Assembly (NCBI GenBank): GCA_049515895.1
Contig: JBEKTQ010000016.1
Location: 1 to 64,000 of the forward strand
Reading direction: 5' to 3'
Length of the DNA stretch: 64,000 bases
Origin: Candidatus Bathyarchaeia archaeon
Lineage (GTDB): Archaea; Thermoproteota; Bathyarchaeia; Bathyarchaeales; Bathycorpusculaceae
The stretch's first letter is position 1, and every line of letters begins with the position of its first letter. Of this stretch, positions 21,743 through 32,968 are shown in pieces. Both the position numbers and the translations under genes were made by a program. The notes under the pieces are model-generated. The model saw only the letters and a program-made list of their open reading frames with translations, did no database searches and had not been told where the DNA came from.

Positions 21743-22927
21743 CTATATCATCGATTTGTAAATATTAGCTATGATCGGCGCAACGTTACGAATATCGTGT
21801 TTTTCTGAGGCCAGGATACCATTTGCTGCAATCTTTGTCCGCAGAGGTTTGTTTTTGATTAAACCTATTATTTCAGAAGCTAATTGATCAGCATCGCCAG
21901 GTGGGACAAGAAAACCATTTTTTCCATTAGAAACAAGTTCTTTCATTATTCCAAATTCTGGAGCAACGACTACGAGGCCAGCTGCCCAAGCCTCAAGTGT
22001 AGCTATGTAGCTACCCCTTGTTCCAATAAAGATATCACTATCCCACAAAAACTTTCTCACATCTAACTTCATGCCAACCATAGTGACCGAGCCCTCAAGA
22101 TTCAAACTCCGAACTAAACCAGTAGCTTGTTCGAAAAGTGGCCCGTATCCCACAATTTTGAAAGTTGCATCAGGTACCTCCTTTCTAACTTTGGCAAAGG
22201 CTTTAATTGGAGTCATTGGGTCCTTGGGTTTACTGAACCTGGTAGTCATCACTATCCTGGTTCCGGGACCATTTTCATTTGAGATTGGACGTTTGAATAA
22301 TCTCGTGTCAATAAAATTGGGTATCAACCAACTTTTTTTGCCCAGCCCCAGTTCCCGCAGTACGTTTAAAGTCTCGTTAGAAAACGTAGTAATAGCATAA
22401 GCTCGCCTAAGCACATTGAGCGTTGCTGAAGCCCTCAGGGGCATCGAAAACGGATCTGTAGGATTTACTGAATCCCCATGAAGGGTTACTATAAATGGAC
22501 GATGGAAATGTTGGCTCAGGAGGAGCCCAATGGTCGGATAGAGTGGCTGCCAAAATCCATGCACGTGAAAAATGTCAACTTTATCGATCCCTCTTATGCT
22601 GGCTGCTTGCCGATAAAGGTTCGCAGTCAAAATGTTATCCAAAGGTTCCCAAGTTCTGTGGAAAAGCTTGTAAGATGCCCCCCTTAGAAAACTGGAGAGG
22701 CTAGGTCGCAGTCGATGGACCTCTAAACTGTTAATTCTTTGACACCTAGGCGTTCGAAGCGCACGCGAAAAAGGGACATAAGCGGCTTTGTCTGTGATCA
22801 TAAGAAAACGCATGTTCTGATGCCGGGACAGAAAATCTGAAAAGCCCAATATATAACGCTCCACCCCTCCAAACTCTATGGGATAGAAGTTCGGCCAAAT
22901 GTGGCAAACGTTCATGGCAAAACTCAC
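21743..22927 (-). CDS. GT4 glycosyltransferase
   Basis: GGVERY, VTLHG, IPNFID, LEAWAAG, NGFLVPPGD. Confidence 0.9.
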   Translation of the reverse strand: MSFAMNVCHIWPNFYPIEFGGVERYILGFSDFLSRHQNMRFLMITDKAAYVPFSRALRTPRCQRINSLEVHRLRPSLSSFLRGASYKLFHRTWEPLDNILTANLYRQAASIRGIDKVDIFHVHGFWQPLYPTIGLLLSQHFHRPFIVTLHGDSVNPTDPFSMPLRASATLNVLRRAYAITTFSNETLNVLRELGLGKKSWLIPNFIDTRLFKRPISNENGPGTRIVMTTRFSKPKDPMTPIKAFAKVRKEVPDATFKIVGYGPLFEQATGLVRSLNLEGSVTMVGMKLDVRKFLWDSDIFIGTRGSYIATLEAWAAGLVVVAPEFGIMKELVSNGKNGFLVPPGDADQLASEIIGLIKNKPLRTKIAANGILASEKHDIRNVAPIIANIYKSMI

Positions 22928-23176
22928 CTTTCAATTCCTTCTTAGATAAGCCGCAAGTCTGCTCCGAATACAGGTCTTTCTCCCATCATATCCTAATTTG
23001 CACATTTGCTCAAAAGTTCGGCTTCAAACCTTAAATTCTCCAAATCACCCGCACACGAGAGCAATTACTTCCAAATGTATCGTACATAAATAGGAACTCG
23101 TCAACCCTTGGAGCGCGTGTACTATAATGAGAATTGTCGGAACAATTCACTTCGGCAGATTTTCACGCATCATAAA

Positions 23177-23806
23177 TCAGGATTCTACGTATTTTACAAT
23201 TTCAAAGGCTTCGGCTGCTTCAACGCCGACTTGGCTCCCTCTGAAAGAAGCCAGATTAACAGTTGATTCGTATGCCAAATATCTTTTCTCCTTTTGAGAA
23301 ATGTGACACCGCAACGCTTCCCACTTCTTATCAACGCAGCCCGTTATGTTTACAAAATAGGTTGGCAAGAAAGCGGCCGGTCTTACCCTAGGGGTTTCAA
23401 AAGCGAGAACCTTTGGAATGTTCCTAAACGATGCCATGGCAAGCCAGCCTACCCTCCGATGATCTTGATGAGTATCATTAACCGAATGAGTTAACACAAT
23501 ATCAGGTTGATACTTGAGGGCATACTGTTCTAAGCAATTTACTGTTTCAAATGAATCTGGAATCTCGGTGTCTGGAAAATTCTCAAAATGGATTTCCTTC
23601 ACTCCCAAAACGTGCATGGCTTCTGTGCTTTCCCTCATCCTCACGTTGGTGTCAGTCGTTTTTCCGCCCCTTGTCATATACAAAGCGATCACTTGTGTTC
23701 CTGCTTGCACAGCTTTGTACAGCGTCCCGCCTGATCCTAATTCAATATCGTCAGGATGCGCTCCAACAGCCAACAAAACCTTGGAAGCAAATACCATTTC
23801 GATCAC
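23177..23806 (-). CDS. PIG-L/LmbE family de-N-acetylase
   Basis: VGAHPDDIELG, DTHQDH, CHISQ, AEAF. Confidence 0.92.
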   Translation of the reverse strand: MIEMVFASKVLLAVGAHPDDIELGSGGTLYKAVQAGTQVIALYMTRGGKTTDTNVRMRESTEAMHVLGVKEIHFENFPDTEIPDSFETVNCLEQYALKYQPDIVLTHSVNDTHQDHRRVGWLAMASFRNIPKVLAFETPRVRPAAFLPTYFVNITGCVDKKWEALRCHISQKEKRYLAYESTVNLASFRGSQVGVEAAEAFEIVKYVES

Positions 23807-24052
23807 CAGTCAAATTCAAGTCAAAGACTAATCGAAATTGCACACACGCTATAATAACCTTTATTCTCGCTATAGCCTGCTGAGAACGCCTAAAGCATAG
23901 GCGATGCAAACGAAACGAAAATGAACTGACGCATCTGCGAGGCAACATTTTCAGTTTCTTCAATCGAAATTTCTATGCAATTAGGCGTTACAAAATTACA
24001 GACAACTTTGAATAAATAGAAATTTTAGCGTCAATGGCGAAAGCTTAACTTT

Positions 24053-24823
24053 TCAGGCAGGTTCGGCGTTCGTTTTTCTGCATTTAACGAGAACCATAAG
24101 TGAAGAGGCACCGAAAAGAAGAGTGCTTATTTTAGGAGAAAGCTTGAATATGCGAACCACAAGTAAATCTCGGATTCGGTTTTTAAAGTCGAAAGGCCAA
24201 GGTTTCGGGTCAGTAAAGTAATAATCCACTGGGTCGCCACATCTTTTCTTGATTTGCTTCAGGGCAGAAGAATAGGTGTAGATGTGGAGGTGCCCTACAC
24301 TTGCAATTCTCCGTCGCCGCAATGCGCCGTGAGATATTATGTTCCAAAGAAACTCGACAACATTCTTCTCAAGAGGGATATTGAAAACTGCGAACTTTCC
24401 GATACGTCCGACTTCATTCAAGGCTTTGTCCGAGTCCTGAACATGCTCAACAACATCAACCATCAAGACTAAGTCAAAAAATTTGGTATCTAACCCATTT
24501 TCGCAAAGGTCTACATTATAAAATGCTTGAATGTCAGGATTGGTTTGTTTTTGACGCGCTAGCATTAGCGGACTCAAATCTAATACGTACTTTGTAACAC
24601 TCACGCGGTAATCTTTTCTAAGCTTTTCGCTTATGACTTTCAGAATAATTCCAGCACCACCACCAACATCTAAGACTCTTACGCTTTGAGAAATGTTAAG
24701 CTTGACGAAGAGAGCAACAAGAGGCATAATCCACCGTATTTTCCATGGGGAATCTTCTTCATGCAAAGAAGGATTCCGTCTAGCATATTCGTCGGTATAG
24801 TAGAACTTAACAGCTGATGACAT
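24053..24823 (-). CDS. Class I SAM methyltransferase
   Basis: VLDVGGGAG, FDLVLMVDVVEHV, GHLH. Confidence 0.9.
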   Translation of the reverse strand: MSSAVKFYYTDEYARRNPSLHEEDSPWKIRWIMPLVALFVKLNISQSVRVLDVGGGAGIILKVISEKLRKDYRVSVTKYVLDLSPLMLARQKQTNPDIQAFYNVDLCENGLDTKFFDLVLMVDVVEHVQDSDKALNEVGRIGKFAVFNIPLEKNVVEFLWNIISHGALRRRRIASVGHLHIYTYSSALKQIKKRCGDPVDYYFTDPKPWPFDFKNRIRDLLVVRIFKLSPKISTLLFGASSLMVLVKCRKTNAEPA

Positions 24824-25037
24824 GCTTTATCCTGCTTCAAAACTACATTTTTGAGGAAAGCAAACGCGAACTTGAGGATTGAAATAATTTACAGCCGCAA
24901 ACTCTGCCTAAATTCGAATTTTATCATACAGCTTCTGTTATACCTTTTTGTCGCTTATTGAATGTAGGGTCAAGTTACCCAAAGTGTAAAGCCTTGCAAA
25001 ATGGCAAAGAAGGATCCGTTTCCAATTCGTCGGATGC

Positions 25038-26186
25038 TTATCTTGGTTCCTTCTCAAAAAACAGCATTGAAAGGTCCCTGGAATATTCCCTTGGAGGTCG
25101 AGCTTGTTTGAATCCTGACCTGACAAACTTGTCTACGATTGCGTTCCGAATTTGTAAACTATGAGTTTCGATTATGTAAAACTCTATCTTTCTAAGTATC
25201 GATTCTGGCAGTTTTAATAGACTGATTTCAGCACCTTCGCAATCGAACTTGCCTATGTCAGCTCCACTTGACTCTATTACCCGCGCAGCGCTTCTTATCT
25301 TCACTTCAAGCTGTTTCCCTCCCTTATTCTGTGCCAAACCGAAGCTAACGCCCGCTGAGTCATATCTTATTGTCGCGATACCATCTTTTTCTCCTATGCC
25401 TTCAGTGTGTATTTCTGCGTTAATATTGTTCCGAATCATATTCTTCTGTACGAGTTCCTGATGCTCTAAAACTGGTTCATAAATGATAATTTTCTTGGCA
25501 CCTTGACTCCAAAAGAAAACGGCGGTTTCACCGCAGAAGGCGCCTACGTCTAAGACGATCTTGCCATCAAAATTCCAACCATACGTTCCATTCACGCATT
25601 CAAAGAAAAACAACGATAGCGACTCATAAGGACCCACAATCTCAAACTGCTTGAACTTTACGGTGAACAACTTATTATTTAATTTTTGCACAAAGCAATC
25701 GAGATCTATTTTGCGGAAGTGGTAAGTCATGACATCAGTTTGCTCAACTATCCAATCATCAGAATAAAGGGACAAAGCTAATTCAAAAAGAGCAGGAGCA
25801 GCTACCAGAGAAGAGGCTTGGAAAGTGAAACCCGCGTTTTCATTTTGAAGGAAATAGCCCCTCCGGTTTTTGATGATATTAAAAGACTCTTTACTAAGAC
25901 AGTCCAGCGAGTTAATTACACTCAAATATTCAGAATATTCCAATTCCTCCTCTATTCCATTTCTGAAATGCCCAATTCTTTTCTCATAAAGAACTCTTAA
26001 GGAGAGAATAATCCAGAAGTTTCTAGTAGTCTTTATTGCTTTTCTTAGAATCGTTATTTGGTTCAAGATGTGTTCCTTCCAATCTTGAGAATGAGGGGAC
26101 AAGACTAATTCAAAAAGAGTCTTGATCGTTTTTCTTTGATCCGTTTTTTGGTCCATCATGTATTCCTGCAGAAAAGTTCTTGGCAA
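25038..26186 (-). CDS. FkbM family methyltransferase with N-terminal extension
   Basis: VLDVGAFCGE, YEP, KFDCEGAE, IETH. Confidence 0.85.
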   Translation of the reverse strand: MPRTFLQEYMMDQKTDQRKTIKTLFELVLSPHSQDWKEHILNQITILRKAIKTTRNFWIILSLRVLYEKRIGHFRNGIEEELEYSEYLSVINSLDCLSKESFNIIKNRRGYFLQNENAGFTFQASSLVAAPALFELALSLYSDDWIVEQTDVMTYHFRKIDLDCFVQKLNNKLFTVKFKQFEIVGPYESLSLFFFECVNGTYGWNFDGKIVLDVGAFCGETAVFFWSQGAKKIIIYEPVLEHQELVQKNMIRNNINAEIHTEGIGEKDGIATIRYDSAGVSFGLAQNKGGKQLEVKIRSAARVIESSGADIGKFDCEGAEISLLKLPESILRKIEFYIIETHSLQIRNAIVDKFVRSGFKQARPPREYSRDLSMLFFEKEPR

Positions 26187-26469
26187 CCGTTAAGACAATA
26201 ACATTTGGGTGAACAACCTAAAAACATTTGTTTCGAATCAAGAAGAACTGGTTTTACAAATGCCTTCAGATTCGCCAAACTGTTGACTACAGAAAATATT
26301 GTAATGCAGGGGCAAGCCGAAAGGAATTTACTCTTGAACAGGATTTATTTGTTATTTTTGTGTTAATTCTCTTAACTAGTTTGACGGGTTCGTGTTCGTT
26401 GGAAAATTAAAAAAAATGGCTAAGGCAGATAACTAAAAGGCGATTCAAACGGAAATCCAACTTATGGCA

Positions 26470-26730
26470 ACTGAATTGAAGAACGTATTCGAGGTAGATT
26501 GGCCCGCAGGCTACATTGAGGCAGATTAGTTTCTAAAAGCCACAATTCTGGAAGGCGTTGACATCGATGACTACACTCTTGAAAAAAAAGGAGAGCAGAC
26601 CTCCATGCACACGCGTCTAAGATACGTTTGATCCATGCGGACATGACAAGCCGTGACCGTATCATGAATGAAAGAAGCTAAGGCGTAAGCATGTGAAGGA
26701 GTATTGATGTGTCTTCATAAACAAGCTGTA
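26470..26730 (+). pseudogene. Decayed paralog of the 6755-7615 methyltransferase
   Basis: aaagccacaattctggaaggcgttgacatcgatgactacactctt (KATILEGVDIDDYTL) and tctaagatacgtttgatccatgcggacatg match 7160-7270; stops and frameshifts present; boundaries approximate. Confidence 0.8.
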
Positions 26731-26809
26731 GGAACACGCGTTCATTAACTCGCAGTCTCCTGAAGCCGCACAATTCGATGGATCTCTAACAATAATATCT
26801 TGGAGTTTT

Positions 26810-28048
26810 TTAAATATCCTTCGTGGTCGTTTCATGCTCGGTCACAGGTAATAATGCCTTAATTGATTTTGTAACTAGATCTAATTGTTTTTCAGCCAAC
26901 GATAAGGCTTGTTCTCGGTTTTCAATTCCCATCACCATAATCTTTTCTTGACCAAATCTTAATAGTTGCTCCACCTTAGCCGCTAAATCATTATTATCAA
27001 GATAAGTGTATTCATTAGGAAGCAGGTCTCCTCGACAACCAAAAATGTCGGAGAAAACTACAAGACCAGCCATCGCATAGTCGTACTTTCTTTCATTGGA
27101 CCCTCCTCTATGAATGCCAATGTTTATACCAATCCAAGATTTACTGAGAATTTTCGCATATTCCAACTTGTTGGGAACGTATTCATAATGTTCCAAATCG
27201 ATGTTTCCAGGAACTTGTTGGGGTTTCATGCCGATTACGTAAACCTTAATTCTTTTGTCAAGTTTTGATAAAGCTTTGAAAATTGCGTCAAAATTTATGG
27301 CACCTTTTATCCCCCATCGATTTCGAAAGACTATGACTACACTTGGGTTTTTGTCTTTGACGCATGGCTCAAATTCCAGGATTGGGTAAACATTAGGATA
27401 AAAGATAACTTTCTTAGCTCCCATTTCCAGGTATCTGAGTCGATCCCTTTCGCTGCAAGCTATGATCAAGTCTGCGATTTGAAGAATCTTTTGTTCTAGT
27501 TTGTACATTAATCTTCTTGATATGAGGTTACTTCCAAAGTCATAGTTCTCACTGGCAACATCTTGCGAAACGTAGATAACAATTCCCATTTGTTTGAGCA
27601 ATTTCAGGTTCAAGGTTTCTATGCTCATAAATTCGTCTATTAGGAAGATTTTTGGCGACTTTTCATTTCTCAAGAAAGCTGTTATATTATCAGATCGAGC
27701 AGTCGCAGCAAAATATTGACTTAAGGTTTTAGAAAGTACAGAGACGAACCCGTCGCTACCAAGCGTGTATTCTATTTCCTTTTTAAACAGGCGCCTTGAA
27801 ATTTCCTCATGCAAATCTTTAGGGCTTCTCAACATCTTAAGAAAGTAACTAAATAAAACTCCAGAAGCAGAAGTAGCCAATTCTGCCTTGTTAGGGCTCC
27901 ATTTTTCCCTAAACAATTCCCGTTCATTTCTCACAACGTAAAAAATGTTGATGTTTGAGCTAGCTTTAAAAATCTGGGCAACGAACCTTGCCTTCAGCGA
28001 ATTCTCCGCCCATCTATCTCGAATAATGACCAACAAGTTGTAAAGCAC
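26810..28048 (-). CDS. Divergent GT-B fold glycosyltransferase-like protein
   Basis: ADLIIACSERD, YPNVYP, NERKYDYAMAGLVV (GT4-like C-terminus). Confidence 0.65.
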   Translation of the reverse strand: MLYNLLVIIRDRWAENSLKARFVAQIFKASSNINIFYVVRNERELFREKWSPNKAELATSASGVLFSYFLKMLRSPKDLHEEISRRLFKKEIEYTLGSDGFVSVLSKTLSQYFAATARSDNITAFLRNEKSPKIFLIDEFMSIETLNLKLLKQMGIVIYVSQDVASENYDFGSNLISRRLMYKLEQKILQIADLIIACSERDRLRYLEMGAKKVIFYPNVYPILEFEPCVKDKNPSVVIVFRNRWGIKGAINFDAIFKALSKLDKRIKVYVIGMKPQQVPGNIDLEHYEYVPNKLEYAKILSKSWIGINIGIHRGGSNERKYDYAMAGLVVFSDIFGCRGDLLPNEYTYLDNNDLAAKVEQLLRFGQEKIMVMGIENREQALSLAEKQLDLVTKSIKALLPVTEHETTTKDI

Positions 28049-28224
28049 GTACTTTTTTAATTTTAGGTAATGTTACGGGAAAATATTAGGTTTAGAACAG
28101 AATTGTTGATACCGCGAATTTACAATTTTTTGGTTTTCGGAACATGAACCCAAATTTACCAATCTTAACAAGCTTTGTTAAATTGAGTTTGCAAAACTTT
28201 CATTAAAGTTGACAATCAACGCGA

Positions 28225-29848
28225 ATGGGTTTTTCAAAAAGCTATAAAATAGATCAAGCACTAGGTGGGTTTCAAAATTTGGGGAGAGAGAAAAAAATAA
28301 AAACAAATAACATAGGGAAAACACTCCCTTCAATAAACCTCAGAAAGCTCGCAAAACCAGCTGCACTATTCATCATTGCACTATTTATTCTCAGCATGCT
28401 GTCAGTTTTCGCTATAAACGCGGTTAGAGCAACAACACCAACTTTGTCTACTTTCGGGAGGACCGACACAGGAAACTTTCAAAATCTAATGAGCGCAAAT
28501 AAGAAGGGAGCTTCATCATTTGTTGCAGTAAACACTGGTGTTTTGTCTAAAATCAGTGCATACGTGAAATACGCCGATACCCCAGGAAATATGTGCGCAG
28601 CCCTATACGCTGACAATGCAGGATCACCTAGCACCTTAATCGCAGTGTCAAGTGAGATATCGCTACCGTCAACTTTCTCTTGGGTAGACTTTCCGTTTCC
28701 ATCGACTCCACCAGTAACTTCAGGAACAACTTACTGGCTTGCCCTCTTACGCCAGACAACGGCCTACATTATGGCTGACAACACTGTAAGCAACAACCAA
28801 TGGAACGTGAACCAATACGCAAATGGATTTTCAACCACATTTGGTCCGACCTACACCAACCCCGTTGAACTTTGTATTTATGGAACTATTCAAGTGTCAT
28901 CTCCGTCATTGACACCAGACCCCACTGCTACTCCGACCTCAACACCACCGCCAACGCCAACTCCAACTCCGACAGCAACCACAACGCCCAAACCGACCCC
29001 GACCCCAATACCAACACCTAAACCTACTGCAACGCCCACGCCAAAACCCACTCCTGCGCCAACACCAACCACAACGCCCAAACCGACCCCGACCCCATAC
29101 TCCCAAGTCAACGCCAACTCCGACACCAACCCCCAAGCCTACCGCTACCCCAACTCCTAAGCCAACGCCAACCCTTACTCCCAAACCAACAACGGCTCCC
29201 AATGGAAACAATTTAGCGGTTGTTCCTGGTTTCTGGAGTTATTCAGGGCAGGTGACGGCTCAGGGATGGGGGGAGGCTCATTCTGTGGGCAGCCCAACTG
29301 AATCACAGTATTTTGCTTATCCTGTCACGCAGGGCGGTCAACAGAATTGCATTGAAATGGACCATAATCCGGTTTGCACTGCTTATGAGCCTGATGAAAG
29401 CGAATTAGACGGGACATTTGTAAACATTCAGCCAGGCAACCATGTCGTTTTCACAGTTTGGCTTTGGACTGGAGCAGCTACGACAACGGAAACTAATTCA
29501 AGATCGGGGGCTGTAATAGGAATAGACGTGTTTGGTTCATTGGGTAGAATAGGCGAACTTTCGAGTTCTGACGGAGAGGAGACTTATCCTAATTGGCCAG
29601 CTACGATGCAGAATGTTGTTGTTCCCTACGGCAGTGGTGCATGGGTGAAGGTAACTATGGATTTTACTGTGCAATCACAATATATGGCTGACCCCTGGAG
29701 CGGAGTGGCTGGAGGACAAGTATATTCTGCTGGAAAGATGGTTATACCGACACATTGCTGCCCTTGGATTTGCGGTTTTTCAAGCTCGCCCTCGAATGAA
29801 TACGCAAAAATCTACGTCTACGGCACGCAACTAATCATTACCCCTTAA
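28225..29848 (+). pseudogene. Secreted two-domain protein with Pro/Thr/Lys linker, split by a frameshift near 29097
   Basis: Signal/TM, beta domain, PTPTPKPT linker. After ccgaccccat the linker continues in a shifted frame ([16 protein letters not shown]...PNGNNLAVVPGFW) straight into ORF 29252-29848. Confidence 0.8.
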
Positions 29849-29899
29849 GCGTTTAACGCCTTAAACGTTTAACGCTCTAATCCTTATTTCTTCTGCTGT

Positions 29900-30470
29900 T
29901 ATGGCAGCTTTCTCGTTTAGATGAACTTTACCTGCAGCAAAAACCTTAGAAATAAAACTGACGCATCTGCGAATTTGGATTGGATATCCAAGTATCGATA
30001 GTTTTTTCGCGCACAAAATTCTTTTAGTTTCTTATTAAATTCACGACTTATAAATATTCGCGTATCTTCATCTACGTGGAAAGGAAAGTGATATATATTC
30101 TCTTCCCGCGATCTGGTGGGATTCTATAAACGAAAAAAAGGAAAACCCTCCTTTTCAATTAATTGAAGAACCTTGCCATAATTTTGGATCGTTTTACTAA
30201 TCAAATGTGGAATGGAAATTACCGTTTCCTTTTCATGTACTGATTGTAAATATGTACTCTACTATCTATTTCACCAAAGACCAAAACGACAATGTCTCGC
30301 TTCTTGTTTATTTTCCCGAGGATTCGTCACAATTTTTCATTTGATTTTGTCGGGAAGTCCGTGAACATAAGTTATATGCGGTTGCAGGGTCTATGGGTGT
30401 ATTGTGAAAAGATTGATTTTTCTGAATGAAAATACATGGCTGTCTCCAATAATTGGATTAACGGTTTGTA
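29900..30470 (-). pseudogene. Frameshifted SGNH/GDSL-like esterase
   Basis: Fragments IIGDSHVFSF...PATAYNL, DIVVLVFGEIDSRVHIY, EFNKKLKEFCARKNYRYLDI, KVHLN across several frameshifts; boundaries approximate. Confidence 0.75.
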
Positions 30471-30754
30471 ATATAATCTGGACAAGAATAGAGATTACAA
30501 ATCATGTAATCTTTTTCTCGGGCGTACATAAGTAGTAAATCTTTGCAGGGTACTGGTCAATTTGAATGACTCCGTAAATCAGGTCAACTATTTGTTTTAC
30601 CATTCTTGAATATGGTTGTGCTTCACATCTGAAAAGCAATAATTTAGCTTACCTGCGTGCCAATAAAAGCTAATCAATTCTTACACAGTCAAAAAAAAAT
30701 AAAAAAGCCCCATATTTGTGATTTATGCAAGCGGAAATTTGCTTTTCTGCGCAT

Positions 30755-31801
30755 TCACCCGGGTGAAATAATTTGCTGCAGTGGCTTCAAGACTTCACGC
30801 CAATCCAGTTCGAGCGCTTGTTGATATGCGGCATCACTCATCATCGTCCATTTTTCAAAGTCCAAATATTCTTCAACAACTTCTATGAAATTATCCTCGT
30901 TATAAGGCAACACACCTTTGAGAGAATTTGAGAAATTCATCCAATCTGGAGACAACGCGGGCAAACCATAAGAAAGATAAGCTAATACTCTGGATGAGAA
31001 ATGATTTTGACGGAAAATGTCTTTAGAAATGGTATTTAAACCAAACTGGTAGTTGCTAAGCACATCCATTGAAGGAGCAAACCCTTTAAAATTAATCGCA
31101 AACTTTCTGGGAGGCTTATATGTCCCGTAAACGTCAATCCGATAAGGGCTCAGGCGAGTCAAATAAGATAGTAATTCTTTATTACTATAGCTATGAGCCA
31201 AGTAGCCTAAAGAAACGATAGAAGGAGGAAAGTAATAAGACGCCCTTTTTTTACTTGGATTGCAACCATGTCTTACAGTGATTAGGTTGTTTCCCCGCCA
31301 GATGTACTTTCTCACATAATTCTTAGTTGTTTCCCAAGGGAACAGCACATAATCCGATTTCATAATTATCTCAAGTTCCATTTTTCGGAGTTTCCGAAAC
31401 CGCTCCAAGTCACTAAAATCTTTTGAAAAATATAATTCATCGGCCAGTGCTTCACAACTAAATATCTTCAAGCAGCCCAAATCTCGGGTTAAGACGTAAG
31501 AAAACGGAGTTTCGACACAAATCAAGGCGTCACACCCCATTTTTCTAACCCTCTTTTCCAGAAAGTCAGCAGTTTTCTTCATATGACGCTCTTCATGACC
31601 ATTAATGCGCGCACGGGCACGTTGATAATAATACCATGCTTTGCCTTCAATCGTGTGTCCAGGCATACTTACAACCTCGACCTGATGTCCGATTGAACGC
31701 AAAAAAATGTTCAGCATTTTAACCTTCTCAGATCCGCCCCCAACTATACTGGGACCCGCTATGATCACTTTCAATTTGTTTTCAACCTCACTAAAACTCA
31801 A
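30755..31801 (-). CDS. Divergent GT-B fold glycosyltransferase-like protein
   Basis: SDYVLFPW, IDVYG, SSRVLAYLSYGLP, ALELDWREVL. Confidence 0.65.
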   Translation of the reverse strand: MSFSEVENKLKVIIAGPSIVGGGSEKVKMLNIFLRSIGHQVEVVSMPGHTIEGKAWYYYQRARARINGHEERHMKKTADFLEKRVRKMGCDALICVETPFSYVLTRDLGCLKIFSCEALADELYFSKDFSDLERFRKLRKMELEIIMKSDYVLFPWETTKNYVRKYIWRGNNLITVRHGCNPSKKRASYYFPPSIVSLGYLAHSYSNKELLSYLTRLSPYRIDVYGTYKPPRKFAINFKGFAPSMDVLSNYQFGLNTISKDIFRQNHFSSRVLAYLSYGLPALSPDWMNFSNSLKGVLPYNEDNFIEVVEEYLDFEKWTMMSDAAYQQALELDWREVLKPLQQIISPG

Positions 31802-32022
31802 AACTCTAGTTCCTGGTAAAATGTGTTCATCAAAGAAGCTTATTCTGCCTCAGATAAACAAAAACTGACATGTAACCCTCATCAGGCAACTATTTAACTT
31901 GTCAATAACCGCCATGTTAATGCCTTGGTACAAAAACACTAGTGAGCAAAGAATCTCCCGTTGATGGTTATCCTTATTTTTTTATTGCTGTCTTTCCCAT
32001 GTGCTCCTCGGTACCTCTCGAT

Positions 32023-32895
32023 CTAAATCAGGAACACTCTTTCTTTTGCGCACTCTTTCCATAATTCTAGGCGTTCTAAGATCACTTTAGGGTAAGTAAA
32101 GGGTAGCAATTTATAGTCATCTGATGTCGTGAACTTGTTAAAAAATAAGCTTGCGAAAAATAAAGGCGGACAAATTATCTTTGCCAAGTCCCATGGCTCA
32201 ACAATACGCCACGACACTACTTCTTTATCGTGAAACCTTTTGAAAAGATACACCCGGTTCTTGATGATAGGTGCATGTTTGATAAGGCTCGTAGGGGTTG
32301 TAGTTTCTTTTTGAACGTACACGATCATATTTGGGTTGAATTCTATTTTGCCGCGTCTCAGAATTCGGAAGGCTAGATCCCTATCTTCAAGGTAATTATA
32401 TCTTTCGTCAAAACCGCCAGCGCCTTTAACAAAGCTCTTTTTGTAAGCTATGTTGTTCGTCATAAATTTGCCACGCCCTCTTTCATAAGTGTGATCGGAA
32501 AAAGTTGGTACGTAATCCTCAGAAATATAATAGCTCCGTCCCTCCACGCCAGCGCAATCAGAATCTTTTAGAAACTTTAATCCTTGTTCGATCCAGTCCT
32601 TGCAAACAACGCAGTCGCCATCAGTAAAGAAGACGTATTCTCCTTTTGCATATTTCACGCTAAGATTCCTACTTTTTGGAATCCCAAGCCATTTTCTATT
32701 TCTAAAATATCGTATTCGTTCGTCTTTAAAATTTTCGATTATTTTTCTTGTTTTGTCATTGCTATCATATTCATCAATTACTACAATCTCAAAGTCGGCG
32801 AAAGTTTGGTCCAAAATCGATTTTATGCAATTACCAATATACTTCTCGACGTTTCTAACACACATTAATACGCTTACAGTTTGCTTGGCTTCCAA
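32023..32895 (-). CDS. GT2 glycosyltransferase
   Basis: VSVLMCVRN, SRNLSVKYAKGEYVFFTDGD, GGFDE, EDRDL. Confidence 0.92.
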   Translation of the reverse strand: MEAKQTVSVLMCVRNVEKYIGNCIKSILDQTFADFEIVVIDEYDSNDKTRKIIENFKDERIRYFRNRKWLGIPKSRNLSVKYAKGEYVFFTDGDCVVCKDWIEQGLKFLKDSDCAGVEGRSYYISEDYVPTFSDHTYERGRGKFMTNNIAYKKSFVKGAGGFDERYNYLEDRDLAFRILRRGKIEFNPNMIVYVQKETTTPTSLIKHAPIIKNRVYLFKRFHDKEVVSWRIVEPWDLAKIICPPLFFASLFFNKFTTSDDYKLLPFTYPKVILERLELWKECAKERVFLI

Positions 32896-32968
32896 TAAAC
32901 TCCCTCGCTCTCACAGAATTGCAAACACTCAACAAGACTTGTTAAGTTTCTTGACTTTTAGTTATCTA

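Noticed and set aside
28890-29211. Gly/Val-rich minus-strand ORFs
   Set aside because: Antisense shadows of the Pro/Thr linker
29843-29880. 16-nt tandem duplication after the stop codon (ccttaa.cgtttaacg twice)
   Set aside because: Only two imperfect copies; likely local slippage
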